This document shows positions 25,951 through 33,482 of a DNA stretch of 56,442 bases, in pieces (position 1 is the first letter of the stretch; the number at the start of each line of letters is the position of its first letter). Source of the stretch: an uncultured Nitrospiraceae bacterium (GTDB lineage Bacteria > Hydrogenedentota > Hydrogenedentia > Hydrogenedentales > SLHB01); the NCBI GenBank assembly GCA_964520685.1, contig CAZFOG010000002.1, positions 1 to 56,442 of the forward strand. The letters run 5' to 3'. The position numbers and the translations under genes were made by a program. Below the pieces are notes generated by a model. It was not told the DNA's origin, did not search any database, and saw only the letters and a list, made by a program, of their open reading frames with translations.

Positions 25951-26006
25951 ATTGCCTTAAATAAAGAGATTCTGAGTTTATAATTGATACTAAAAAAGAT
26001 GAACAG

Positions 26007-26234
26007 ATGAATGATTTTAAAAACAAGTATGGATGGTCAGTGTATGACTTTCTTATGCTATTGGATGAATTTGTAGAAATACCTTCATCCGTGTACTCCC
26101 AGGCGAAAGCCTCCTCTTCAACCACGAAAAACAATCAAAGGTTGAAATTCCTTTTTCAGCAATGGACAAAAGGAAAGTACGACAATCATGTTGATGTCCT
26201 GTATAAGGAGATTTTGAAAACCTTAAACAAATGA
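26007..26234 (+). CDS. early hypothetical protein
   Basis: 75 aa. Degenerate leader ACTAAAAAAG, then a 3-codon mini-ORF (ATG 25999 .. TGA 26010) overlapping the start. Confidence 0.55.
   Translation: MNDFKNKYGWSVYDFLMLLDEFVEIPSSVYSQAKASSSTTKNNQRLKFLFQQWTKGKYDNHVDVLYKEILKTLNK
26216..26225 (+). promoter_or_regulatory. leader box variant GAAAACCTTA
   Basis: Ends 5 nt before ATG 26231. Lies inside the 3' end of the preceding ORF. Confidence 0.5.
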
Positions 26235-26443
26235 AAAAGCCTAAAATCTTTGTTAGCACGCCACAAAAGGAATGGCCACTGGACGACATCGAAACTTATA
26301 TGGACCTCCATGGTATCCATAGAATGGACGTTGCTATCAAAAAGCTCAACCGGGAAAACCGGGCAAGCAAGAATCCTGTCCGGTTCTTCATTCGGATGGT
26401 AAAATTGTTATTCCCGATTTTCGGGTGGTTTTTACTTAAATAG
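26231..26443 (+). CDS. early hypothetical protein
   Basis: 70 aa. ATGA overlap with the previous ORF. Hydrophobic C-terminus (LLFPIFGWFLL). Confidence 0.55.
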   Translation: MKKPKIFVSTPQKEWPLDDIETYMDLHGIHRMDVAIKKLNRENRASKNPVRFFIRMVKLLFPIFGWFLLK

Positions 26444-26451
26444 TAACAGCA

Positions 26452-26655
26452 ATGGCAAACGTTGAAATCATTACTAGCAAGTTCCCACTTGGAAACACGG
26501 TTGTTGAAATCCGTTCCGAGTGCAATCGTGCCCGTCGGGAAATGATGGACACAGAGGTCCGTATTGGAGGTGAAATTATCTGCATTATCAGCGGAGATAA
26601 TATTGACGAATTCACATTTGAACTCCGTAAACTTATTGATAAGTTCCGCATTTAA
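26452..26655 (+). CDS. early hypothetical protein
   Basis: 67-aa ORF in the same direction as its neighbours. No motif. Confidence 0.5.
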   Translation: MANVEIITSKFPLGNTVVEIRSECNRARREMMDTEVRIGGEIICIISGDNIDEFTFELRKLIDKFRI

Positions 26656-26660
26656 TTCAT

Positions 26661-26669
26661 TAAACCTTA
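26661..26669 (+). promoter_or_regulatory. leader box variant TAAACCTTA
   Basis: Ends 5 nt before ATG 26675. Confidence 0.5.
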
Positions 26670-26674
26670 AAGAA

Positions 26675-26842
26675 ATGAAAAAATCAATTGATTTGCTTGT
26701 TTTCATGTCGATTCTGGTAATGGCTGGCTGTACTATGGGTCTCCTATTGAGACCGACTGTTACGCTGGCATACGGCACTATCATTTCCATGATCGTCATG
26801 CTTATTCTGCTTTTCGTTTATTACCGGATTGTCCGGCGGTAA
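26675..26842 (+). CDS. small membrane protein / putative lipoprotein
   Basis: 55 aa from the internal ATG of track ORF 26564-26842. MKKSIDLLVFMSILVMAGC has a lipobox-like MAGC, followed by a second TM (GTIISMIVMLILLFVYY). Confidence 0.55.
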   Translation: MKKSIDLLVFMSILVMAGCTMGLLLRPTVTLAYGTIISMIVMLILLFVYYRIVRR

Positions 26843-26847
26843 ATTTA

Positions 26848-26892
26848 GCCTCAAATGGAGTACAAGAGGGTTCGACTCCCTCTTGAGGCTCA
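26848..26892 (+). ncRNA. tRNA-like acceptor-stem/T-arm minihelix (not a complete tRNA)
   Basis: GCCTCAA-atggagtacaa-GAGGG-TTCGACT-CCCTC-TTGAGGC-tca. It has a 7-bp acceptor-like stem and a 5-bp T-stem with a canonical 7-nt T-loop. Only 11 nt replace the D arm, anticodon arm and variable loop. Starts 5 nt after the stop of ORF 26675-26842. Confidence 0.5.
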
Positions 26893-26925
26893 AAGGTCAT
26901 TAACCAGATGATCATTTTATGTTAA

Positions 26926-26938
26926 ATTAAAAACCTTA
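26926..26938 (+). promoter_or_regulatory. leader box ATTAAAAACCTTA
   Basis: Ends 5 nt before a start-stop mini-ORF ATGTAA (26944-26949). The real ATG is at 26952. Confidence 0.55.
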
Positions 26939-26951
26939 AACAAATGTAAAA

Positions 26952-27212
26952 ATGGAAAATGAAGAAAAGATTCAAGACTTGAAAAGCTTTTTAGAGCAAC
27001 ACAAGGCTCTAGGAGCTTTTTTGAACGGCGTATGCAGGAGATCATCATCTCTTGCTAAAAAAGAAGATCCAATCCACGCTTTCTGCTCAGAAAGAACAGA
27101 TTATACGGATTGGACCACCGACTGCTTTACCTGGAGTGCAACTTACCCAGGTAGAGCATTTTGGGAGAACATTCACCGTGATTGGAATGTTTTCTGTGCA
27201 ATGAATTATTAA
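26952..27212 (+). CDS. early hypothetical protein
   Basis: 86-aa ORF after the leader box and the start-stop element. Confidence 0.55.
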   Translation: MENEEKIQDLKSFLEQHKALGAFLNGVCRRSSSLAKKEDPIHAFCSERTDYTDWTTDCFTWSATYPGRAFWENIHRDWNVFCAMNY

Positions 27213-27218
27213 TTTATC

Positions 27219-27232
27219 AACTAAAAACCTTA
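27219..27232 (+). promoter_or_regulatory. leader box AACTAAAAACCTTA
   Basis: Ends 6 nt before ATG 27239. Confidence 0.6.
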
Positions 27233-27238
27233 AAAAAG

Positions 27239-28828
27239 ATGGCAAAACTTACAACAAACGTTAGAGAAGTGATAGCAGAAGCACTTTCCGAACAAGAAAG
27301 AAAAGCTTTACACGGATATCGTGGTAGCATCATTGTGAATACTATTCAACGTGGTAGGATTCGTCTTGACTGTATATTTTCCTTCTACAATGAAGGAATA
27401 TATGCATGTCAGAATGAATTGGACGGAGCTGAGTGTAATGTGAAATGGGGACAAAGGTACTCATGGAGACTTTCAAATGAAACTTTGATCTTTATACCCC
27501 CTTCTACGCAAGTCAAGATCAATGTAATGAGCAGGAGACTTCTCCAAACCTTAACAGATCCAGAATTTGTTAAGGAACACAGAATGGAACTGTGTTTACA
27601 GAGAATTTTGAATATGACGAAAGATGTAGAATTCACATCAAATAAAACGTTGAATGGACACCACTTTGATCTTAGAAAAGGGGAAATCAGTTATTATCCC
27701 AATAATGTTCCTCTTGCTATGGCGATGAACGGCACATGGGCACGTGAAGGTAGAGTCACTTTTAAAGTAGGAAAGTTCATCAAGATGTTACTCGAAACGG
27801 AATCTGCGTTCATAACGGCAGATGGAGATTTACTTGATATTTCCAATCACGAAGATGCTAAACTGATTACATCATTCTTTGAAATAAAGAGTGGATTAGT
27901 AAAAAGTACGGCATACCAGGATTGTATAAAGGTCAGTGATGATCCTTCTGCTATTTATGGTATGGAAACCGCTGAAAATAGTGGCACTTTAGCCTCTAGC
28001 TGTATGCGTCCTGAAAGTGGACACGGTTGCCACGAAGGAATGGATTGGTATTCGATGATAGGAACAAAGATAGTATACATAGCAAATCCAAAAACGGATG
28101 AGCTATGCGCTAGGGCATTGCTCTGGGAGAATTGCTATTTTGTTCAGAAAGTCGATGACCGCCGTATTCGTAAAGTTGGTGCTCCATTTACTTTTTTGGA
28201 TCGCATATACGGAGATGAAGCTTCCATGGCTCTAATGAAAGAATGGGCTAAAGAACAGGGCTATTTCTACAAGTCAGAGCAAAGCAGTCGTTCCAACACT
28301 TTGATTTCCCCCACTGGAGAGGTTGTATCTAAACAATTCATATGGGATAAGGAAATCACTGAAGTGTTTGAATATTCTCCTTATATGGACACTTTCGTTT
28401 ACTTATATGGAGAATTGAAAAGATTGGGAACAGGAGCAGCATCTGATACGAGTGGATACGATTTGACCGACAGTAGTGGGGACGCCTTTGATGATATACT
28501 AATTTGTCCTAATTGCGGAAAAATCGCACCTGGCCTGCGCGCAATTGGCCCTGAAGATTCAGACCTGACAGGTTCCTTTGGATGTACCTTTTGTGCTGTG
28601 GAAACTGCAAATTCAGAAAATTCAGGAACAATCTGGCTCTTCAAAAGCGATGTGCTAGAGTATTATGATTTGAAAGGTATTTTCCGTATCATTCCACTTT
28701 CAGAAGCAAAGGATTTGAATATCGTATCTGCTTATTATCGTGGTAGAGGACTAGTGAACGTGGAAATAGTGAAACCTGAACCCATGGTATATCAGGAAGA
28801 TGAAGAATTAATTTTGGAGGAGGTTTAA
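27239..28828 (+). CDS. large early protein of unknown function with C-terminal Cys4 zinc-ribbon-like motif
   Basis: About 529 aa from the ATG behind the leader box (the track ORF starts at 27182). Conserved-looking core ..ASSCMRPESGHGCHEGMDWY...ARALLWEN...FLDRIYGDE.. and CPNCGK..(24 aa)..CTFC. No family assignment possible by eye. Confidence 0.7.
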   Translation: MAKLTTNVREVIAEALSEQERKALHGYRGSIIVNTIQRGRIRLDCIFSFYNEGIYACQNELDGAECNVKWGQRYSWRLSNETLIFIPPSTQVKINVMSRRLLQTLTDPEFVKEHRMELCLQRILNMTKDVEFTSNKTLNGHHFDLRKGEISYYPNNVPLAMAMNGTWAREGRVTFKVGKFIKMLLETESAFITADGDLLDISNHEDAKLITSFFEIKSGLVKSTAYQDCIKVSDDPSAIYGMETAENSGTLASSCMRPESGHGCHEGMDWYSMIGTKIVYIANPKTDELCARALLWENCYFVQKVDDRRIRKVGAPFTFLDRIYGDEASMALMKEWAKEQGYFYKSEQSSRSNTLISPTGEVVSKQFIWDKEITEVFEYSPYMDTFVYLYGELKRLGTGAASDTSGYDLTDSSGDAFDDILICPNCGKIAPGLRAIGPEDSDLTGSFGCTFCAVETANSENSGTIWLFKSDVLEYYDLKGIFRIIPLSEAKDLNIVSAYYRGRGLVNVEIVKPEPMVYQEDEELILEEV

Positions 28829-28830
28829 CA

Positions 28831-29805
28831 ATGGAAACAACATTATTAAAGCAACTATACAAGATTAATTCAAAATCTTGTTTCGAAGATGATATGCAAG
28901 AATTCATAATGTCTTACGCAAAGCAAAGAGAATGTGTAATTGATATGGATAAGAGAGGCAACATTCTCGTTACTTATGGAAAGGCAGACGCGTATCCTTG
29001 TATATGTGCTCATATGGATGAGGTGCACCATGCTATTTTAGACAAGGAAGTGATAGAATTTGAAGATTTCATGTTCTGTTTCTCTCCGTCAAAAATGGGG
29101 GTTGTTGGATGTGGAGCGGATGACAAAAACGGCATTTTCATAGCTTTGAAAGCGTTGGATGTGCTTCCAGCTGTTAAACTACTCTTCACTGTAGAAGAGG
29201 AAATTGGAGCTGTAGGAGCTTACAACGTGAATATAAAGAAATGGTTAAAAAATGTACGATATGTCATCCAATGTGATCGTCGTGGAAGCGATGATTTCAT
29301 AACTTCCATTTCAGGAATAAAACTGGCCAGTAAGGAATTCAAGAAGGATGCTGGAACTATTCTCAAAGGGTATGGATTCCACGAATCTACTGGGATGCTT
29401 ACAGATGTGATGGCATTGAAAGAGGGAGGATTAAATGTTTCATGTTGTAATCTTTCCTGTGGATATTATGCCCCTCATTCGGACCGTGAAGTCACATACT
29501 TACCTCACTTGGAAAAAACCTTTAATGCCGTAATGGAAATATGTCTTACACTTACAAAGACATATCAACATAACTATGAAAAACCGGTGTACAAAAAGTA
29601 TTCAGGTGCTGCGACCACCTCAGCAAATGCGCATGGTAATAGAAATTACCTTAATATCGCACGTTCTGAAGGTGGTAGGATTCCTTTAAATCCGGAATCT
29701 ATGATTTGTCGGGATTGTTTAAGACTGAATTGTGATTTATGTGTGTATTCAGTTCCCTCTCATACCAATTACTCCAAAGATTGGGATAATAGGTATTATG
29801 ATTAG
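28831..29805 (+). CDS. M20/M28/M42-type zinc metallopeptidase-like protein
   Basis: 324 aa. CAHMDEVHH, GCGADDKNGIF and FTVEEEIGAVGA match the His/Asp, Asp and Glu-Glu metal-ligand and catalytic blocks of co-catalytic aminopeptidases. Cys-rich tail (CRDCLRLNCDLC). Confidence 0.65.
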   Translation: METTLLKQLYKINSKSCFEDDMQEFIMSYAKQRECVIDMDKRGNILVTYGKADAYPCICAHMDEVHHAILDKEVIEFEDFMFCFSPSKMGVVGCGADDKNGIFIALKALDVLPAVKLLFTVEEEIGAVGAYNVNIKKWLKNVRYVIQCDRRGSDDFITSISGIKLASKEFKKDAGTILKGYGFHESTGMLTDVMALKEGGLNVSCCNLSCGYYAPHSDREVTYLPHLEKTFNAVMEICLTLTKTYQHNYEKPVYKKYSGAATTSANAHGNRNYLNIARSEGGRIPLNPESMICRDCLRLNCDLCVYSVPSHTNYSKDWDNRYYD

Positions 29806-29889
29806 ATAAAAATCTACATTGAGTTTGCCGAATGGAAAGTTTTTACTCTCCATTCCAATAGGCGAACTATACATTGATATAACACGGTA

Positions 29890-29929
29890 GCAAGTCCCTT
29901 CTGTGAAGGGGTTTGCTATTGCCTTTTTT
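29890..29929 (+). terminator. terminator-like hairpin after the peptidase gene
   Basis: GCAAGTCCCTT (29890-900), loop ctgtg, AAGGGGTTTGC (29906-16) forms an 11-bp stem with two G-U pairs. A T5 run follows after 9 nt. Confidence 0.5.
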
Positions 29930-30050
29930 ACACATTGAAGTTGAATCTCAATAATTCAACCGGGGGCTTACTATATCCTCACTTTAATATTCAACACTAC
30001 ATAGTAAAAAGAGAAACGAGGTACTATCATCTGTATAAATTGCATTATAT

Positions 30051-30064
30051 AATTTTCGGGTGAA
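30051..30064 (+). promoter_or_regulatory. conserved box AATTTTCGGGTGAA (copy 2)
   Basis: Exact 14-mer. In this copy it can form the hairpin AATTTTC-gggt-GAAAATT. Confidence 0.55.
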
Positions 30065-30150
30065 AATTTCGTTGAAATAAAAAGCCTTCTAAAAACTTGA
30101 CAATGACTTAATTATAAATATATTTTTATTTATAAAATATTTTATCTATC

Positions 30151-30163
30151 TTTAAAAACCTTA
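30151..30163 (+). promoter_or_regulatory. leader box TTTAAAAACCTTA
   Basis: Ends 4 nt before the 2-codon mini-ORF ATG CCG TGA (30168-30176), which overlaps the GTG start at 30173. Confidence 0.55.
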
Positions 30164-30172
30164 TAAAATGCC

Positions 30173-31804
30173 GTGAACGTGAAAACAGCGACACTCGTAA
30201 CAGACAAGAAGGGTAATGATCTGATTAAGATACTCTTCACTTTCGAAATTCCTACATTGGAGAAAGTGAGAACCATATCTGGTCGGAAATATTTCCCTGA
30301 CGGAAAGTACTGGACCGCTCCACTTCATGTAGGTACATTGCAAAACCTAAAAGATTGGGAGTTTGAATTAGATGAAGCTCTTTTGAAAATACTTCATCAG
30401 GTTCAGGAAAAACAAATCCAATTAGAGGTAAAGAATGTAAAGATTCCGGGATTGAAACGTGAATTGTTTCCCTTTCAAAAGAAAGGGGTATCCTTCATCG
30501 AACAATGCGGAGGAAGAACATTAGTTGCCGACGAAATGGGTTTGGGGAAAACTGTTCAGGCTTTGGGATGGATTCAGTTACATCCTCATAAGCGTCCGGT
30601 AATCATTACAGTTCCTGCTTCTATCAAGCTTAAATGGAAACAGGAAGTACTAAACTGGTTACCAAATCCAAAGGTGGAGGTACTATCAGGTACTCATCCT
30701 TATAGGATCAAAGGAAATATCGTAATAATCAACTACGATATTGTATTTTATTGGTTGGAACAATTAAAACTATTAAATCCACAGGTCTTAATTACTGATG
30801 AATGTCATTATTACAAGAGTAATAAGGCTAAGAGAACGAAGGCAATTAAGATGTTGAGTAAAGGAATCCCGCATGTGATAGCATTGAGTGGGACTCCTAT
30901 CGTAAACCGGCCTATTGAGGCGTATAATGCTATCAGAATTATTTCTCCCTTATTGTTTCCAGATGCCTGGAAGTTTGCACAGCGTTACTGCGGAGCCTAT
31001 TATGATGGATTTGGATGGAACTTCACCGGAGCGACTCATACAAAGGAGTTACACGAGAGATTGACATCTACCATAATGATAAGAAGGTTGAAATCGGAAG
31101 TTCTTACTGAACTACCTCCGAAGATGTATTCATATGTTCCTTTAACGTTGGATAATGAAGCTGAATACAGATTCGCTAAAAACCACTTTATTCAATTCAT
31201 TTCATCCACTCGTGGTCAATCCGCAGCCCATCGTGCCCGCAACGCTGAAATAATTACTCGGATAGCAACACTGAGACAGGTTGCTGTTAAGGGAAAGTTA
31301 GCCCAGGTAATAGGATGGATCGAAGATTATTTTGAAAACAACGAAAAGTTAGTCTTATTTGCTATTCATAAGTTTGCCATAGATGCTATCATGGAAGCTT
31401 TCAAAAAAGTAGCAGTTAAGATAGATGGTTCAGTTCCAATGGAAAAGAGACATGACGCTGTTCAGAAGTTTCAAACTGATCCAAAGGTTCGATTATTTGT
31501 AGGAAACATTCAGGCTGCTGGCGTTGGATTGGATCTGACTGCGGCCTCAAACGTATGCTTCCTTGAATTACCCTGGACTCCAGGTGAATTAGCTCAGGCC
31601 GAAGACCGATGTCATCGTATCGGACAGAAAGATAATGTAACTGTGCATTATCTTCTAGCCACGGATACGATTGAATATGAAATGGCGGAATTACTAGATG
31701 CGAAAAAGAAAGTACTCAACGCCGTTCTAGATGGACGGGATACCCCTCAAGAATCTTTATTAACCGAATTAATAAACAAATATTATGACGACAGAACAGA
31801 TTAA
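30173..31804 (+). CDS. SNF2-family DNA-dependent ATPase/helicase
   Basis: 543 aa. LVADEMGLGKTVQAL (motif I), LITDECHYYKS (motif II), LSGTPIVNRP (motif III), and GVGLDLTAASNVCFLELPWTPGELAQAEDRCHRIGQK (motifs V/VI). GTG start according to the track. Confidence 0.9.
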   Translation: MNVKTATLVTDKKGNDLIKILFTFEIPTLEKVRTISGRKYFPDGKYWTAPLHVGTLQNLKDWEFELDEALLKILHQVQEKQIQLEVKNVKIPGLKRELFPFQKKGVSFIEQCGGRTLVADEMGLGKTVQALGWIQLHPHKRPVIITVPASIKLKWKQEVLNWLPNPKVEVLSGTHPYRIKGNIVIINYDIVFYWLEQLKLLNPQVLITDECHYYKSNKAKRTKAIKMLSKGIPHVIALSGTPIVNRPIEAYNAIRIISPLLFPDAWKFAQRYCGAYYDGFGWNFTGATHTKELHERLTSTIMIRRLKSEVLTELPPKMYSYVPLTLDNEAEYRFAKNHFIQFISSTRGQSAAHRARNAEIITRIATLRQVAVKGKLAQVIGWIEDYFENNEKLVLFAIHKFAIDAIMEAFKKVAVKIDGSVPMEKRHDAVQKFQTDPKVRLFVGNIQAAGVGLDLTAASNVCFLELPWTPGELAQAEDRCHRIGQKDNVTVHYLLATDTIEYEMAELLDAKKKVLNAVLDGRDTPQESLLTELINKYYDDRTD

Positions 31805-32057
31805 CATCAGAAGAGAAGCCGAAGGCAATGTGCGTGGATACCATACCGGAATCCCGTGCGACAGAACTATGCTTAAGAGTGAGATTACTCCCACTCAATT
31901 GAGATTGGATTGGATCCAAGCAATACGGAACATGGATAATGTTATCCTGTTACGGTACGTACATCCTGAAGATCGGGCAAGTATAGCTACTAAAATGATG
32001 AAAGCTAATATGATAACCCGGTTTCAAGCGAAGGAATTTGTCAGATTTGCTAATTAG
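31785..32057 (+). CDS. hypothetical protein
   Basis: 90-aa ORF overlapping the SNF2 gene end by 20 nt. Confidence 0.5.
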   Translation: MTTEQINIRREAEGNVRGYHTGIPCDRTMLKSEITPTQLRLDWIQAIRNMDNVILLRYVHPEDRASIATKMMKANMITRFQAKEFVRFAN

Positions 32058-32066
32058 AAAAAAGTT

Positions 32067-32264
32067 ATGGACTACACAAAATTACTTTGTTTCGACAAGT
32101 TAGACCTGATTCAAGGAATGATACAGCATAACCTTCTTAATCAGGAGGAAATAAATTACATATGGCATGAATTAAATGACGTGTCACATGTAATAGATGA
32201 GTATATTGACCGACGTCAGATAAGAGACAGGCGTAATACTCAAAAGAAAGATGGAACATATTAA
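32067..32264 (+). CDS. hypothetical protein
   Basis: 65-aa ORF in an operonic position. Confidence 0.5.
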   Translation: MDYTKLLCFDKLDLIQGMIQHNLLNQEEINYIWHELNDVSHVIDEYIDRRQIRDRRNTQKKDGTY

Positions 32265-32706
32265 TCTCATTCGGAAGATCGCTTGGTCTTTTCATAACTC
32301 TACTGGGATTGACTGGGACGATCTTTTTCAAGAAGCTGCGTATCATTACTTACGAGCCTTGAAATCTTATGACCCATCTAAAAAAGTTTCCCTTTCAACG
32401 TATGTATGGAACTTCGTAAAAAACGAATTGATACTGTACATCCGGAAAGAGAAAAAGAATTCAGAACCTTTAGAATCCATCGACTCCATAAAAAGTTGGA
32501 GTCAAACGGGTTCTCCCTATTGGGAAGGTCTATCATCCACGGCTCAAAAGGCCGCTGAAGAAGTATTAAAACACCCTGAAGAGTTTTCGTGTTTGGATCC
32601 TCTCAACGCCCGTTTACTGTTAAGGTACAGGCTTTTAAAGAGCGATTGGACATTGAAAGACGTTAGAGTTGCAATGCGTAATTTAAAAAATGCATACTCG
32701 AAATAA
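32251..32706 (+). CDS. sigma-70 region-2-containing protein (second phage sigma-like factor)
   Basis: 151 aa. LIRKIAWSFHNSTGIDWDDLFQEAAYHYLRALKSYDPSKKVSLSTYVWNFVKNELILYIRKE matches sigma-70 regions 2.1-2.4 (DLxQE...Y/FDP....F.TY....I). The C-terminal part is short and only weakly like region 4. Confidence 0.65.
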   Translation: MEHINLIRKIAWSFHNSTGIDWDDLFQEAAYHYLRALKSYDPSKKVSLSTYVWNFVKNELILYIRKEKKNSEPLESIDSIKSWSQTGSPYWEGLSSTAQKAAEEVLKHPEEFSCLDPLNARLLLRYRLLKSDWTLKDVRVAMRNLKNAYSK

Positions 32707-32709
32707 TTT

Positions 32710-32736
32710 TTATTTGTATAATAACTAAAAACTTTA
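32710..32736 (+). promoter_or_regulatory. promoter-like 14-mer TTATTTGTATAATA fused to leader box AACTAAAAACTTTA
   Basis: 14-mer at 32710-32723 (exact copies at 36921 and 47364). Box at 32723-32736, ending 5 nt before ATG 32742. Confidence 0.6.
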
Positions 32737-32741
32737 AAGAA

Positions 32742-33020
32742 ATGGAAATCATCAAAGAACTCACTACATTGGAAAATCAAGCATTGGATGCCCTTTGTAA
32801 AATGTTATCTACATGGAGAGAAGGAGAGCCTGGGTATTCATGTATAGACGGAGCTGATATCACAAGAGCTTTGAGGTGGCCCCCAAAAACTACTTCTGGA
32901 GTTATTAGTTCCTTAAGCAAGAAAGGATATGTTGAAACTTCAGATGCCGGAGATTTTAAAGGAATTTTGTATGTTAAATGGGAAAAAATCCCTGAGAATT
33001 TTGGTCGAGATATTAACTAA
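32742..33020 (+). CDS. small winged-helix-like DNA-binding protein (tentative)
   Basis: 92 aa. ..ITRALRWPPKTTSGVISSLSKKGYVETSD.. resembles MarR/winged-helix recognition helix plus wing. Confidence 0.5.
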   Translation: MEIIKELTTLENQALDALCKMLSTWREGEPGYSCIDGADITRALRWPPKTTSGVISSLSKKGYVETSDAGDFKGILYVKWEKIPENFGRDIN

Positions 33021-33029
33021 AAACTATTA
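33015..33029 (+). promoter_or_regulatory. leader box variant AACTAAAAACTATTA
   Basis: Ends 3 nt before ATG 33033. Confidence 0.5.
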
Positions 33030-33032
33030 AAA

Positions 33033-33482
33033 ATGTCAAACTTACCAATTGATTTCAATTTTGATTATGAAAAACCTACTGCTTCACGCAGAGGAGAGAT
33101 GAGAACCCCTGCTTCCATTTACCTTTCAAATAAGGATACGGCTTCAGGTGGGATTTTGTTCATAAGCCAGAAATGGTTGGACAAAATGGAACTTAACGGA
33201 ACAGAGATAGCTATGCAGGTGAAAGATAATCAAAGTACTTTCATCCTGTTTAACCCTCCTAAAAACGCTCCACGCTTCAAGAAGAGGGACAAATCCCCCC
33301 GTAAAAATTCAGTAGCTTATTCATGTACCGAAACCGTTCGCAAGATGTTCGAGATATTCGGGTATGAAGACTCTTCAAAAACTACAATCGAATTGTGGTT
33401 GGAGCCTGTAGGAACGTTTGGTACGGCTTCCGTATGTCGCTTGAGAAACCTTCAGCAATCAGATTCTCTGTATAGGTTTTAA
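33033..33482 (+). CDS. hypothetical protein
   Basis: 149-aa ORF. TAATG-type overlap with the primase start. Confidence 0.6.
   Translation: MSNLPIDFNFDYEKPTASRRGEMRTPASIYLSNKDTASGGILFISQKWLDKMELNGTEIAMQVKDNQSTFILFNPPKNAPRFKKRDKSPRKNSVAYSCTETVRKMFEIFGYEDSSKTTIELWLEPVGTFGTASVCRLRNLQQSDSLYRF

Noticed and set aside
26848-26892. Calling the tRNA-like element a bona fide tRNA gene or a tmRNA
   Set aside because: Only 11 nt lie between the acceptor 5' strand and the T-stem, leaving no D arm, anticodon arm or anticodon. No tag-ORF or pseudoknot region lies nearby, and the 3' end is TCA rather than CCA.
29815-29938. Three (T/C)ACATTGA boxes (29815, 29870, 29931) in the intergenic region before the SNF2 helicase unit, as a possible operator array
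   Set aside because: The 7-8-nt motif in AT-rich DNA with irregular spacing (55 and 61 bp) is within chance expectation. I record it only as a weak observation. The hairpin GTTTGCCGAATGGA...TCCATTCCAATAGGCGAAC (29823-29870) in the same gap is likewise unassigned.
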